Shown here: in pieces, positions 21,598 through 32,527 of the stretch
How the letters are laid out: the number at the start of each line of letters is the position of its first letter
How positions within the stretch are numbered: position 1 is the first letter of the stretch
From: an uncultured Rhodothermales bacterium
Lineage (GTDB): Bacteria > Bacteroidota > Rhodothermia > Rhodothermales > VXPQ01
Assembly: GCA_964554105.1 (NCBI GenBank)
Contig: CAZKNF010000013.1
Span: 1-63,095 of the forward strand
Direction of reading: 5' to 3'
DNA length: 63,095 nt
The notes under the pieces: model-generated
The model's database searches: none
Told to the model about the DNA's origin: nothing
Seen by the model: only the letters and a program-made list of their open reading frames with translations
Program-made: the position numbers and the translations under genes

Positions 21598-23970
21598 TCA
21601 GGCGTCCAATCTCCTCTCCAGCATAGAGCGGACAAGCTCAGGATTTGCCTTCCCGCCCGTTTGGCGCATCACCTGCCCCATGAAAAACCCGATGAGACCC
21701 CTCTTTCCATTTTGGTATTGCTCGACCTTATCGGCATTTGATTCGACGACGACGTCGATGACCGGGTTGAGATCACGGCGGTCAGAGACCTGATTCAGTC
21801 CGCGATCCTCCACGATTTTTGATGGATCGTCCCCGGATTCGATGGTTTCCACAAAAATGTCCTTCGCGATCCGAGCCGAAATAGTGCCTTCATCAACAAG
21901 TCGAGTAAGGTCAGCGAGCTGGCGAGGCGCGATCCCGACATCCTCGATCGAGCGGTCCTTCACTTCACGCATTACCTCATTTACTACCCACTTCGCAACC
22001 GACCGGGGCTCATGGTATGATGTAAGGACCTCCTTGAAGTACTCGATGACCTCTGGATTCTCAGCGAGAATTAGCGCTTCATCACTTGAAAGTCCGTACA
22101 CGTCCGTAAGGCTCGCGAATCGTTCACGCCGTTTTGGGGAAAGGACATCGATTCGCTCATCAAGTGATGGCGGTGGAGGTGGTGCCGCACTCGACTCGGC
22201 CTCTGGAGCTGCGCGGCTCCGCTTCTTTGCTGAGCGACCGTCTTGCGCCGGACCTCGATCCTCCATCTTCTCCCACGAGTCGCGGAGCGCAACGATACGA
22301 TTGAACACGAGGTGTTCGGCGGTAGAATCCTTCATGTCCCGCCTGAAATAGCCCTCCCGCTCAAACTGATAGCGCGTCTCCGGCTCGTCGTCGGCGACAC
22401 TCGGTTCAACCGCTGCATCATGCAAAATCACCAGTGAATCCGGATTCAGATGCGAAGCGAACGATTCATCGCCGGCTTCGGGATCGGGAATCATGAAAAG
22501 GCGGTCGTAGAGGCGAATCTCCGCTGGAAGTGCGTGCGGGATGGAAACCCAGTGCAGCGTGCCCTTAACTTTTCGGCCGTCCGGTGCGTTGCCGCCACGA
22601 GTTTCTGGATCGTAGGTGCAACGTAGTTCCGTGATGTCACCGTGCTCATCTTTAACAATATCATTGCAGGTGATGAAGTAACCGTACCGGAGACGAACTT
22701 CGCGGCCAGGAGCTAATCGGAAGTATTTTTTTGGAGGCACCTCTTTAAAATCATCCCGATCGATATAAATCTCGCCGCTGAAGGGAATCCTGCGCGAGCC
22801 CTCCCTTGGAACGTCATGCGGCCAGTAGGGCGCGTCGAGCCACTCGGACGCGTTCTCGGGATAATTCGTAATGACCACCTTCAATGGTTTCAGCACCGCC
22901 ATAATTCGGGGGGCTTCGAAATTCAGATCATCCCGGATCGTATGTTCGAGCAACTTGTAATCGACGCGATTATCGGCTTTCGCGACCCCGATCACGTCGC
23001 AGAACGCTCGGATAGCCGACGCTCTGACGCCTCGGCGCCGGAATCCGGCGAGTGTCGGCATGCGCGGATCGTCCCATCCTGATACGCGGCCATCCCGCAC
23101 GAGTGAGAGCAGCTTCCGTTTGCTCATCACTGTGTAATCCAGATTCAGGCGAGCGAACTCATATTGATGTGGACGTGGAGACCCTACTGTGCGTTCGAGC
23201 ACCCAATCGTAGAGCTCACGGTTGTTCTCAAATTCGAGCGTGCAAAGAGAGTGGGTCACGCCTTCGATCGCATCCGACAGCGGATGGGCGAAGTCGTACA
23301 TTGGATATATGCACCATTCGTCACCACTCCGGTAGTGGTGAGCATGGCGGATACGGTACAGCAGGGGATCTCGCATCTTCATATTATTCGATGCGAGATC
23401 AATCTTTGCACGCAGGACGTGTTCGCCGTCCCCGAAGTTACCGGCTCGCATTCCGCCGAACAGCTCGAGATTCTCGGAAATACTGCGATCTCGGTACGGG
23501 CTCGGTTTGCCGGGTTGGGTCACCGTACCACGGTACTCGCGAATCTCCTCTTCGCTCAAACTATCTACGTACGCGTGTCCCGCTTCGATCAGATCGACCG
23601 CGTAATCATAGAGATTTGGGAAATAGTCGGATGCGTAGAATTCGCGATCAGACCAGTCGAATCCGAGCCAGCGAATATCCCGCTTTATCGAATCGACGAA
23701 CTCGACGTCCTCCGTGGTCGGATTCGTATCATCGAATCGTAAATTGCAACGCCCCTTGTACTCTCGAGCAAGACCAAAATTCAAACAGATGGATTTCGCA
23801 TGGCCGATGTGGAGAAAGCCGTTCGGTTCTGGCGGAAAGCGCGTAACAATCAGACCACCATGCTTGTTGTTGCGGAGATCATTCTCGATGATGGCTTGGA
23901 TGAAGTTGGATCCCGACTCCGCGCGGTCGGTCGGCGGCGGCGGTGAATCGATTTCGTTGACCTCGGACAT
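21598..23970 (-). CDS. glnS: Glutamine--tRNA ligase with C-terminal GatB/YqeY domain
   Basis: [26 protein letters not shown], FERxGYF; C-terminal [17 protein letters not shown]. Alternative start 24006. Confidence 0.97.
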   Translation of the reverse strand: MSEVNEIDSPPPPTDRAESGSNFIQAIIENDLRNNKHGGLIVTRFPPEPNGFLHIGHAKSICLNFGLAREYKGRCNLRFDDTNPTTEDVEFVDSIKRDIRWLGFDWSDREFYASDYFPNLYDYAVDLIEAGHAYVDSLSEEEIREYRGTVTQPGKPSPYRDRSISENLELFGGMRAGNFGDGEHVLRAKIDLASNNMKMRDPLLYRIRHAHHYRSGDEWCIYPMYDFAHPLSDAIEGVTHSLCTLEFENNRELYDWVLERTVGSPRPHQYEFARLNLDYTVMSKRKLLSLVRDGRVSGWDDPRMPTLAGFRRRGVRASAIRAFCDVIGVAKADNRVDYKLLEHTIRDDLNFEAPRIMAVLKPLKVVITNYPENASEWLDAPYWPHDVPREGSRRIPFSGEIYIDRDDFKEVPPKKYFRLAPGREVRLRYGYFITCNDIVKDEHGDITELRCTYDPETRGGNAPDGRKVKGTLHWVSIPHALPAEIRLYDRLFMIPDPEAGDESFASHLNPDSLVILHDAAVEPSVADDEPETRYQFEREGYFRRDMKDSTAEHLVFNRIVALRDSWEKMEDRGPAQDGRSAKKRSRAAPEAESSAAPPPPPSLDERIDVLSPKRRERFASLTDVYGLSSDEALILAENPEVIEYFKEVLTSYHEPRSVAKWVVNEVMREVKDRSIEDVGIAPRQLADLTRLVDEGTISARIAKDIFVETIESGDDPSKIVEDRGLNQVSDRRDLNPVIDVVVESNADKVEQYQNGKRGLIGFFMGQVMRQTGGKANPELVRSMLERRLDA

Positions 23971-24064
23971 GAGAAATGCGTTGTAAATCGACAATCCAGA
24001 CGACATTTTAAAAGCGTATTTTCAACGCGAACGCCCCTAAAAGGTCCCTAACAGGAGGAGCAGC

Positions 24065-24481
24065 ATGATAGATCACATACGTAGTCTCTTCAGACGAATC
24101 GGCGGCGCAGAAGCCGAACAAAAGCAGCGCGAGGCGATGGTCGACCTGCTCATCTGGACCATGTATGCCGATAACGTTTTGAGCCTGCCGGAAAACGATA
24201 AAATCGACCAGCTTACGGCCGAAATGCCGTGGGACTCGACGATACCTGCCCACCAGTATATGCTCACGTCAATCGCACGGGTACGCGACGCAGTGGAGGA
24301 CTCCGGCGCGTCCGAAGCGCTTCTGGAGGACATCTATGAGAGATTGGGATCGGACTCCATGCGGCGACGAACGTACGAAGCCTGCCGTGATCTCGCCCAT
24401 GCTGACGGCGAGATGGCCGCGACCGAAATGCACTTTTTGAACACCGTGAAATCGCGTTTTAAGATCGATCAGGACGTGTAA
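24065..24481 (+). CDS. TerB-like (tellurite-resistance fold) protein
   Basis: AGGAGGAG RBS; two AD-x(4-5)-E motifs (YADNVLSLPE and HADGEMAATE) typical of TerB-like proteins. Confidence 0.7.
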   Translation: MIDHIRSLFRRIGGAEAEQKQREAMVDLLIWTMYADNVLSLPENDKIDQLTAEMPWDSTIPAHQYMLTSIARVRDAVEDSGASEALLEDIYERLGSDSMRRRTYEACRDLAHADGEMAATEMHFLNTVKSRFKIDQDV

Positions 24482-24629
24482 CGATAATCCGTCCGAGCAA
24501 TCTGGCGATCGAGCCTGCAGCAGAGTAGGAGTCCTTGTACCTTCTATCCGACCATCATCCACATTCGACATCCACCTGATTATGCTGTATCCACCATTTT
24601 TTGCGTTGCAAGACAGACTACGGCAGCAA

Positions 24630-25559
24630 ATGTGGCGCTCGAATGCGTGGGGGAAGCGGCTGCCGATTGCTGTCCTGGCAGTCGGAATGTTTGCTTTTAC
24701 CGGGTGCGTCGACCCTCCTGCCGAAGGTGGCCCGGGTGAAGCGGCACCTGTGTCGGACGACCCGCGCCTCCTCACTGAGGTAACCGGTTTTAGCGGGCCT
24801 GAAGCTGTGCGTTTCGATCCGGAGCAGGACGTGTACTTCGTCTCAAACTTTAACGGGCCCGGTGGAGAAGCCGACAACAACGGATTTATCAGTCGAATGT
24901 CGGCTGACGGCATCGTAGATTCGATGAAGTTCATCGCAGGTGGACGTAGCGGCGTCACGTTGCATGCACCGAGAGGCATGGCGATTTCAGGTGATACGCT
25001 CTGGGTGGCGGACCACGGCGCCGTCCGCGGATTTGATCGGACCTCCGGCGAGCTGCTGGCTACCGTCGATTTCTCGGAGTTCGAACCTGGGTTTCTTAAT
25101 GATGTCATAACCGGACCTGACGGTGCTGTTTACGTGACCGATACCGGGCGAGATCGTGTACTGCGAACCGTGGGCGAGCAGATCGAGATTGTATTCGAGG
25201 ATTCGCTGCTCGGAAGCCCCAACGGCATTACTTGGGATGAAGCGCAGGGGCGGTTCATCGTCGTTCCTTTTGGCGGAAGTCACGAGCTTCTCGGTTGGTC
25301 TCCGGGAAACGAAACTCTGCGCACGATAGGACAGAGTTCAGGCGGAGGGTTCGACGGTGTGGAAGTTCTCGGGACTGGTGGCATTCTTGTCGCGAGCCAG
25401 GCCGATTCGAGTCTCCACTTGTTTGAGGGAGAGGAGGGCAGACTCCTCGTCGAACTTGAGGGCAGGCCTGCGGATATAGGCCTCGACGACGATCGCAATC
25501 GCGTGGCCGTGCCGTACGTCAGCCGAAATCTCGTAGAGATTTGGGAGATCATACCCTAA
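24630..25559 (+). CDS. SMP-30/gluconolactonase-like beta-propeller lipoprotein
   Basis: Lipobox-like FTGC; GPEAV, NGFISR, LHAPRGM, FLND, PNGI, DGV, PADI blades. Confidence 0.8.
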   Translation: MWRSNAWGKRLPIAVLAVGMFAFTGCVDPPAEGGPGEAAPVSDDPRLLTEVTGFSGPEAVRFDPEQDVYFVSNFNGPGGEADNNGFISRMSADGIVDSMKFIAGGRSGVTLHAPRGMAISGDTLWVADHGAVRGFDRTSGELLATVDFSEFEPGFLNDVITGPDGAVYVTDTGRDRVLRTVGEQIEIVFEDSLLGSPNGITWDEAQGRFIVVPFGGSHELLGWSPGNETLRTIGQSSGGGFDGVEVLGTGGILVASQADSSLHLFEGEEGRLLVELEGRPADIGLDDDRNRVAVPYVSRNLVEIWEIIP

Positions 25560-25580
25560 TCGGCTCTGCATCGACGAACT

Positions 25581-27002
25581 GTGACGGCAATTATGCCGCG
25601 GAATTCAGGGGCGGGTATTCAGGAGAGCCTGTCACACCAACCGGCAGTCGGCGCAGCGGCAGATGCTGCGGCGGCGAACAGCAACCAGACGCCCCGCCGC
25701 GTCCTTGTTCTCGCGTATTATTTCCCTCCGATGGGCATGAGCGGTGTGCAGCGCACCGCGAAATTTGTCAAATACCTCCCGAGCGTCGGATGGCATCCAA
25801 CCGTCGTAACATGTGAGCCGCGAGGTTATTTCGCGTTCGACCAATCCCTGTGGGAAGAGATTGAGAACGCCGGCATCGAGGTCATACGCACGCGAGGGTG
25901 GGATCCTACGAGATTGTTTCGGCCAAGAAGGGTTGTGGCGCTGCCTGGTGAACAGAAGAGACGCTGGCTTTCTGTGGTGAGTCAGCTCTTTTTTATCCCT
26001 GACAACAAGATCGGCTGGTTCGGTGCCGCGCGGAGAGCGGGGCTCGATGCGATCGAACGTGACGCGCACGACGTCATCTTTTCGTCGGCTCCACCTTATA
26101 CAGCCCATCTGGTCGGCAGGAGTCTCAGCAAAAGGACGGGTCGCCCGCTCGTTCTGGACTTCCGAGACGACTGGGTCGGAAACCCGCGGCACTTCTATCC
26201 GACTCCGCTACACCGTGCAGCTAGCATAAGGCTAGAGCGCAAGGCTCTCGCCGGTGCGGACTGCGTACTAGTCATTAACGACGTCATCCGTCGAAACCTG
26301 CACCGGCGCAACAAAGACCTCATCACCTCCGATCGTATCGAGGTTCTGAGTCAGGGCTTCGACCCGGACGATTTTCAAACGCCGCCTGAAAAGGCCAGAG
26401 ATCCGGCGCTCTTCACCATCCTGTACTCAGGCGTTTTTTATGATGTCCAGACGCCCGACTATTTCCTGCGTGCGGTCGCCGATCTTCTCTCACGGCGGAC
26501 CGAGATCCGCGCTCAAATGCAAGCAGTATTCGTGGGGATGTTGCCTAAATCGACCGCTGAGATCATCGATCGGTTCGATCTCCATACCGTCGTCCAGCAT
26601 ACCGGCTATCTTCCGCACGATGAAGTCATAGCGTACCTCCAGACTGCGGATGTTCTTTGGATGACGGTGGGACGCGGCGAGGGCTCTGAATCAATCTCGA
26701 CAAGCAAGCTCTTCGAATACTTTGGTGCCAAAAAGCCCGTGTTGGGACTCGTACCCGAGGGAGCGGCGCGTGAAGCATTGGAGCACTATGGAGCCGGCGT
26801 GTTTGTCGAGCCGGACTCAATTTATGAGATTAGTGCTGCCATTGAGCGGCTCTACGATGCATGGGAGCAGGACCGTCTCCCATTCCCGGATGCATCAGTT
26901 GTCGAGCAGTTCGACCGCCGGCGGCTCACGCGTAGGTTGGGACAAATATTCGAGAGTGCGCTGTCCGATCGCAAGCAGCAGCCCGGTCGGCTCGATATTT
27001 GA
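25581..27002 (+). CDS. Glycosyltransferase family 4 (GT-B)
   Basis: AYYFPP...GVQR..KF.KYL, PD...GW, DFRDDW, KLFEY. Start uncertain. Confidence 0.88.
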   Translation: MTAIMPRNSGAGIQESLSHQPAVGAAADAAAANSNQTPRRVLVLAYYFPPMGMSGVQRTAKFVKYLPSVGWHPTVVTCEPRGYFAFDQSLWEEIENAGIEVIRTRGWDPTRLFRPRRVVALPGEQKRRWLSVVSQLFFIPDNKIGWFGAARRAGLDAIERDAHDVIFSSAPPYTAHLVGRSLSKRTGRPLVLDFRDDWVGNPRHFYPTPLHRAASIRLERKALAGADCVLVINDVIRRNLHRRNKDLITSDRIEVLSQGFDPDDFQTPPEKARDPALFTILYSGVFYDVQTPDYFLRAVADLLSRRTEIRAQMQAVFVGMLPKSTAEIIDRFDLHTVVQHTGYLPHDEVIAYLQTADVLWMTVGRGEGSESISTSKLFEYFGAKKPVLGLVPEGAAREALEHYGAGVFVEPDSIYEISAAIERLYDAWEQDRLPFPDASVVEQFDRRRLTRRLGQIFESALSDRKQQPGRLDI

Positions 27003-27119
27003 GACGGATGCATTATCTTCGAAGTGGGAATCACGAGGCTTCGTGAGTCGTTTTTTCGCCATAGAGGGAGAACTATTGCCTGTATCCGTCTCCTATCCGC
27101 TCGATGCCGTATCCACGCT

Positions 27120-27542
27120 ATGAATGAGCGCGAACTCACCTCCGATTCGATGGAGATGGTCCTTAGAACGGAGTTCGGCAGTGTCGAACACGTGGTGGAT
27201 AAGACCGAGGCGTTTCTTGAAACTCGTATTGAGAGCGACGACCTGATTTATCGCGTGGTGCTGCTCGCATCGGAAGCGGTGACCAACGCAATCGAGCACG
27301 GAAACGAACTCGATATATCGAAGAAGGTGTATTTTCGCCTCGAACTCCGCGAAAAGGACATTCAACTTACCGTAGAGGACGAAGGATCGGGATTTGATCC
27401 GGGCAAAACGGACGACCCCACCGAATCGGAGCACCTGTTCAGAGAGGGGGGTAGGGGACTCTTGTTTATGGATGAAATTGCCGATGAAGTCCACTTCGAA
27501 AAGGAGGGAAGATTGGTTCGGCTGATCTTTCATGCTCGATAA
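27120..27542 (+). CDS. RsbW/SpoIIAB-like anti-sigma factor Ser/Thr kinase (HATPase_c)
   Basis: SEAVTNAIEHGN, VEDEGSGFD, GGRGLLFM..ADEV. Confidence 0.88.
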   Translation: MNERELTSDSMEMVLRTEFGSVEHVVDKTEAFLETRIESDDLIYRVVLLASEAVTNAIEHGNELDISKKVYFRLELREKDIQLTVEDEGSGFDPGKTDDPTESEHLFREGGRGLLFMDEIADEVHFEKEGRLVRLIFHAR

Positions 27543-29364
27543 GTCCTCGTCACGCACAAATCTATACCTCTGCCTTCTGACGCTCATCTTCGCGGCCGCA
27601 TCGGCGCTTGCCTCGATACCGGCTGCATGGAGTGGATTCGTCGTGGCGGAGTTCGCGGCGGGAGGGCTCGTTCTGGTGCTCTGGCGCCGTGGAGACGTCA
27701 ACGTCCGCACAGTAGTCGCTCTTGCAATTCTGTTTCGGCTTCTCTTCCTGTGGCTGCCGCCGGTGCTCTCCGACGATGCCTTTCGCTACGTCTGGGACGG
27801 TCTCGTGCAGGCGAACGGCATCAACCCATTCGCTCATCGACCGGCGGATGCCGAGCTGGCCTTTTTACACTCGGAACCAGTTTATGCTCACCTCAACTCA
27901 TCCACATACTACACCGTTTATCCTCCGCTGTCGCAAGTGCTGTTTCGCATTGGAGCACTTTTCTACGATGCCGGTTGGCCGGTAGCTTACTACGCAATAA
28001 AAGCACTCCTTGCCGGATGCGAACTGGGCGCACTATGGCTGCTGTCCCGACGCGTGGGGCCCCGATTCTTGATGCTCTATGCGTGGAATCCACTTGTCAT
28101 CCTAGCTGCGGCCGGCCAGGCCCACACCGAAGCTGCAGTTGTGCTGTTTCTGGTAGCGGCGTGGATGCTCGCGCAACGAAGTCGCGGGGGGCTGGCCGCC
28201 GCTGCACTCACCGCCGCAGGCCTCATCAAGCTGTATCCTTTCGTTCTCCTTCCTCTACTATGGCGCCGCTTCGGATGGCGAAGCGTCTGGCCCGCAGGGC
28301 TCACGATCGCTGTCGTTTCGTGGCCGTATGTCCACCCTGACGCGGTGACGAACATACTCGCCTCGCTCGATCTATACGTCCGTTATTTCGAGTTCAATGC
28401 CGGGTTCTACTATGGTGTGAAGAAGATCTTTGCGATCGCCACCGGCGATGATTGGAGTAAACAACTCGGGCCCGCTCTTAGGTGGCTTTTCCTCGCTTCT
28501 CTGCCGGTGATCTTCTATCTGGATGCGCGACTCTCGTGGCCGATCAGGCGATCGATGGTTGCTGTTGTCGGTGTGTTCTTCGTCTGCTCGACGACGATTC
28601 ATCCCTGGTACCTCCTTCCGCTCCTCGCCCTCGCCGCTCCGGCGAAACCGCCGTCCTGGCACTGGCTCTGGCTCGGACTAGCGTCAGTGGGCACGTACCT
28701 CCTGTACGTCGACGGCCCGTATTGGATATGGGTGATTATCGGCTGGAGCGGATGGACCGTGTTCATCGCTGTACGATACTTCCGTTCAGGAGTCGACAGG
28801 CTGCTCCGCGCGCGTGCCCGCTGGAAAGCCGATCTGGTTACGGAGTTTATGCCGAATCAGTTCGGCGATTCTTCCTTACTCGATCTGGGAGCGGGTGAGG
28901 GGTACGTTGGGCTCGAGATCGCCGACCGAACCGGCGTTAGAGTGACATTGGCCGACGTAGAGAACCAAAATCACACAGCATTACCGTATGTGGTATACGA
29001 CGGTCGGGTGCTTCCTTTCGACGATGATACGTTCGACGTAATCGTGCTCGTATACGTTCTCCACCATGCCGAGAATGCCGAAACGCTTCTTTCAGAGGCT
29101 GCCCGCGTCTGCGCCGGCCCAATTATAGTACTCGAGTCGATTTACACGAATCGCTTCCAGCGTTTAGTTCTTTCGATGGTCGACCGTATTGCGAACTTTG
29201 TCCGCTCGTCTGGCGACATGGCTCGTTTCAGTGACGACCTGGATTTTCGCACGTTCGATGAATGGGTAGCTACATTGGAAAAGAAAGAGTTTGGTATCGA
29301 TGTAGCACGTGATCTGGGAGGCATTATTCACCAGCGTGCTATTTTTGTTGTTTCTGGAACTTAA
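27532..29364 (+). CDS. GT87-like polytopic (GT-C) glycosyltransferase fused to a C-terminal class I SAM methyltransferase
   Basis: LSDD..RY.WDG, YPP, YAWNP, HTE, KLYP, FEFN, HPWY; then LLDLGAGEG, LPFDDDTFD and VLHH. Confidence 0.8.
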   Translation: MLDKSSSRTNLYLCLLTLIFAAASALASIPAAWSGFVVAEFAAGGLVLVLWRRGDVNVRTVVALAILFRLLFLWLPPVLSDDAFRYVWDGLVQANGINPFAHRPADAELAFLHSEPVYAHLNSSTYYTVYPPLSQVLFRIGALFYDAGWPVAYYAIKALLAGCELGALWLLSRRVGPRFLMLYAWNPLVILAAAGQAHTEAAVVLFLVAAWMLAQRSRGGLAAAALTAAGLIKLYPFVLLPLLWRRFGWRSVWPAGLTIAVVSWPYVHPDAVTNILASLDLYVRYFEFNAGFYYGVKKIFAIATGDDWSKQLGPALRWLFLASLPVIFYLDARLSWPIRRSMVAVVGVFFVCSTTIHPWYLLPLLALAAPAKPPSWHWLWLGLASVGTYLLYVDGPYWIWVIIGWSGWTVFIAVRYFRSGVDRLLRARARWKADLVTEFMPNQFGDSSLLDLGAGEGYVGLEIADRTGVRVTLADVENQNHTALPYVVYDGRVLPFDDDTFDVIVLVYVLHHAENAETLLSEAARVCAGPIIVLESIYTNRFQRLVLSMVDRIANFVRSSGDMARFSDDLDFRTFDEWVATLEKKEFGIDVARDLGGIIHQRAIFVVSGT

Positions 29365-29443
29365 AGAAAGACATGATCTCAAAACAAGCGTCAGATCTAC
29401 TACGGGCGAACATCCATACCATACCTGTGGATGATGGTTAAGA

Positions 29444-30349
29444 TTATTGCTGCGCTAGAACTGCGTCAATGAGATGTTCACATGATTGAGACGCATCGAG
29501 CCAGATGTTGTCGTTGTGGCGGCGGAACCAGGTGAGCTGACGCTTCGCATAGCGACGCGTGTTGCGCTTGACGAGTCGGACCATTTCATCGCCCGGAATC
29601 TCGCCGCTGAGAAAGCGGTACGTCTCCCGATAGCCGATCGTCCGCAACGGATTGGCGTTGGGATCGCATCCCCGTACTAGAATGCTGCGAACTTCCTCAA
29701 TCAGACCTCGCGAGAACATTTCATCCACCCGCTGATTAATCCGTTGGTAGAGTTCCGAACGTTCCCGCGACAAAACGAATGTTCGAAACTGGTAGGGGGG
29801 AGGCTCCTGTTTTTCGTGGAATGCTGAGAGAGGGCTTTTGGTCGAGCGGTACACTGCCAGTGCGCGCACGAGGCGGTGTGTCTTGGTCGAATCCATTCGT
29901 GCTGCCGAGCGCGGATCGACATTCGCTAGTTCCTGAAATAGCGCCTCGCCACCACGATGTGTAAGTTCTTCCTCGACTTCGTTAATCACATCCTCGGAGA
30001 CGTCCGGAATCGCCGCGAGGCCATGTCGCAGGGCGTCGACATATAGAGTCGAACCGCCGGTTACTATGGGTACGCGACCCCGGTCGAGAATCTGACCGAT
30101 ACGATCGTTGGCGTCGCGTTCGAAGCGGCCGGCCGAATACGAGGCATCGATCTCCAGCTCATCGATAAAGTGATGTCGGATCTCTGACAGCTGCTCTGGG
30201 GACGGCTTTGCCGTGCCGATGTCCAGTCCCACATAGATTTGACGGCTGTCTGCTGATATAATTTCGGCGTCGAGCCGCCGGGCGAGAGCGAGGCTGAGTT
30301 CCGTTTTACCGACCGCTGTCGGTCCTGTTAGCACGATGATGGAGGTCAC
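29444..30349 (-). CDS. miaA: tRNA dimethylallyltransferase
   Basis: GPTAVGKT, SADSRQIY..LDIGTAKP, GGSTLY, TRRYAKRQLTWF. Confidence 0.98.
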   Translation of the reverse strand: MTSIIVLTGPTAVGKTELSLALARRLDAEIISADSRQIYVGLDIGTAKPSPEQLSEIRHHFIDELEIDASYSAGRFERDANDRIGQILDRGRVPIVTGGSTLYVDALRHGLAAIPDVSEDVINEVEEELTHRGGEALFQELANVDPRSAARMDSTKTHRLVRALAVYRSTKSPLSAFHEKQEPPPYQFRTFVLSRERSELYQRINQRVDEMFSRGLIEEVRSILVRGCDPNANPLRTIGYRETYRFLSGEIPGDEMVRLVKRNTRRYAKRQLTWFRRHNDNIWLDASQSCEHLIDAVLAQQ

Positions 30350-31053
30350 TGCGGATGTGTCAGATCAAATGAAGAACCATGGACGCCTTTGATCCGCGAC
30401 AGCGCTTCAAGAATTCGCAGGGCTGCACCAGGATATCCGTGGTACACGCAGTGTACGTGCAGCTCGTCAGTTTCCGTTCTCCGAATCTCTATCCGATCCC
30501 TGTGTATGTCGTGATCTTCCAGGATGTAAAGGATGCGGTTGAGCGCCAGTGAATCATCCGGAGCAACGACGTCGATATCGTATGGGCGGCCAAATCCTGA
30601 AATCTGGGCGCGAATGGGATCCATTGCGAGCAGTGAAAGAAGCACGAGGCCTGTAAAGCCGAGAGCCAGGACGTTGTAACCGAGACCAGCACACATTCCA
30701 ACACTCGAAGCAACCCAGATGATTGCAGCCGTCGTAAGTCCCTGCACCGATCCGCGGGATCTGATGATGGTGCCTGCTCCGAGGAAGCCGACTCCTGTTA
30801 CTACACCGGCCGCTACACGGCTCGGATCGACGCGCGATAAATCCGTCCACTGGTACGCGAAGGGAACAAGATTGCCTACGATCATGAAGATTGCGGAGCC
30901 CAGGCTGATCAGTAGAATCGTTCGAAGCCCGGCCGGCTTGTCCTTTCGCTCGCGCTCGATGCCCAACAGAACACCGCACAGGAGCGCAACGCCCATTCGC
31001 AATGCGTAGGACGGCAGGAGAGTGACGACGTCGTTCCAGGTTTCTACTGTCAT
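30346..31053 (-). CDS. MgtC/SapB family membrane protein
   Basis: GIERE, AGLRT, DPSRVAAGVVTGVGFLGAG, GLTTAA.IW; stop overlaps the miaA start. Confidence 0.93.
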   Translation of the reverse strand: MTVETWNDVVTLLPSYALRMGVALLCGVLLGIERERKDKPAGLRTILLISLGSAIFMIVGNLVPFAYQWTDLSRVDPSRVAAGVVTGVGFLGAGTIIRSRGSVQGLTTAAIIWVASSVGMCAGLGYNVLALGFTGLVLLSLLAMDPIRAQISGFGRPYDIDVVAPDDSLALNRILYILEDHDIHRDRIEIRRTETDELHVHCVYHGYPGAALRILEALSRIKGVHGSSFDLTHPQ

Positions 31054-31256
31054 TTAAAGCGTTAAGGTAAGTCGATGATTCGTTGACGCTCGTAACGCGT
31101 GGTTGGAACGTGCCCGGTGCACGACGCGTCGACCGGCACGAACACGCCGATGTTCTGCTGCATCACACTAATATCACATGCGGATCACAAACCAACGCGA
31201 CCGAACTGCATACTAAGAACGAGAAAGTACTTTGATAGAAAATCCGCACTGAACGC

Positions 31257-32453
31257 ATGGATCTATTCACCAGAGATGAGTTGGCTGAGCTCGCTCAAAC
31301 GCAATCCGGCCCTTGTGCCTCGATCTTCATGCCGACCTTTCACGTCGAATCGGAGCTCTCTCAGAATCCGATCAGGTTAAAGAACCTGATAAAGCAGACG
31401 CGCCAGGACCTACAGGAGGCAGGGCTTCGAGAGAACGGTATCGAATCCATGCTCGAGCCACTCGTGGCGCTCATGGAGAACACGACTTTCTGGCTGGATC
31501 AGAGCGATGGATTCGCTGCATTTTTGACAGGCGAAACATCCCGCGTATTTAGGTTACCGCTCAATTTCGAAGAGCTCGTCGTAACGGGCGACCAGTTCCA
31601 CCTCAAGCCCTTGTTTCCGCTGATTGCAGCGAACAACCGGTTCTACGTGCTGGCGCTGAGTAAGAATAACGTAAAGCTGTACCAAGGTACCCACTATAGC
31701 ATCACCGAAGTGGAGTCGACGGAAATTCCGAAGAGCATCCTCGACGTGATTTTCAATGAAGAGGATGATCGGAGCCTGCAGTTTCACACCGCAAATGTGG
31801 TAGGCGGCCGGCAAGATGCAGCATTTCATGGTCGTGGCGTCACCTCAGACGACGACGATCATCGGCCGCACGATAAAATTGTTCGATTCTTCCGAGAGGT
31901 TGATCACGGACTGGGCGAGACTCTGGGGGACGAGACGGCGCCTCTCTTGTTGGCAGGTGTCGAGTATTACCTTCCTCTCTACAAAGAAGTCAACAAATAC
32001 AAGCATCTGATCGACGATACAATCGTCCAGGGGAATCCTGACCACCTGAAGCCGCGAGATCTCCACGCTCGAGCGTGGGATCTTATCGAGCCGACATTTC
32101 TTCAGTCGCAGGACCGCTCGATCGAACGTTTCGAGCACCTCAACAATAATGGGCAGGGGCTTGCATCAGAGGACATCCATGAAATTGTACCCGGAGCCCT
32201 GTACGGGCGAACCGACACACTCTTCGTAGAGATTGACGCACATATCTGGGGAAACTACGATGAGGGTGCTAATACGATTGAAATGCACGAGACGCGCCAG
32301 GCGGGCGACAAAGATCTTTTGAATCTGGCAGCTGTGCAGACATTTCTACAGGGCGGCACCGTCCACGCGCTGCGCCCCGACACGATGCCGTCCGAGACGC
32401 GTGTTGCAGCGATATTCCGATATCCCGCCGGAGTACAGGCCGAGGATTCTTAA
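31257..32453 (+). CDS. Bacterial archaeo-eukaryotic release-factor-like protein (baeRF3/baeRF7-like)
   Basis: C.SIFMPT, IRLKNL, FHLKPL, FYVLALS, FHGRG, PLLLAGVE, GNPD, GRTDTL, AAIFRY pattern recalled for baeRF proteins; no GGQ. Confidence 0.8.
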   Translation: MDLFTRDELAELAQTQSGPCASIFMPTFHVESELSQNPIRLKNLIKQTRQDLQEAGLRENGIESMLEPLVALMENTTFWLDQSDGFAAFLTGETSRVFRLPLNFEELVVTGDQFHLKPLFPLIAANNRFYVLALSKNNVKLYQGTHYSITEVESTEIPKSILDVIFNEEDDRSLQFHTANVVGGRQDAAFHGRGVTSDDDDHRPHDKIVRFFREVDHGLGETLGDETAPLLLAGVEYYLPLYKEVNKYKHLIDDTIVQGNPDHLKPRDLHARAWDLIEPTFLQSQDRSIERFEHLNNNGQGLASEDIHEIVPGALYGRTDTLFVEIDAHIWGNYDEGANTIEMHETRQAGDKDLLNLAAVQTFLQGGTVHALRPDTMPSETRVAAIFRYPAGVQAEDS

Positions 32454-32527
32454 GTGCCTGAGTGAGCTGCAACCGAGGCGCCCCGATGGTTCCCGGATGC
32501 GGATAAGCGGTCACAATCCGCGGCGGT

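Noticed and set aside
21842-23986. Plus-strand ORFs overlapping glnS
   Set aside because: Antisense shadows with no recognisable domains.
32496-32523. Second dif-like site downstream of the recombinase (GATGCGGATAA resembles an XerC arm)
   Set aside because: The partner arm lacks TTAT after a 6-bp spacer. It is better explained as a small GCGGAT/ATCCGC hairpin between convergent genes, or chance.
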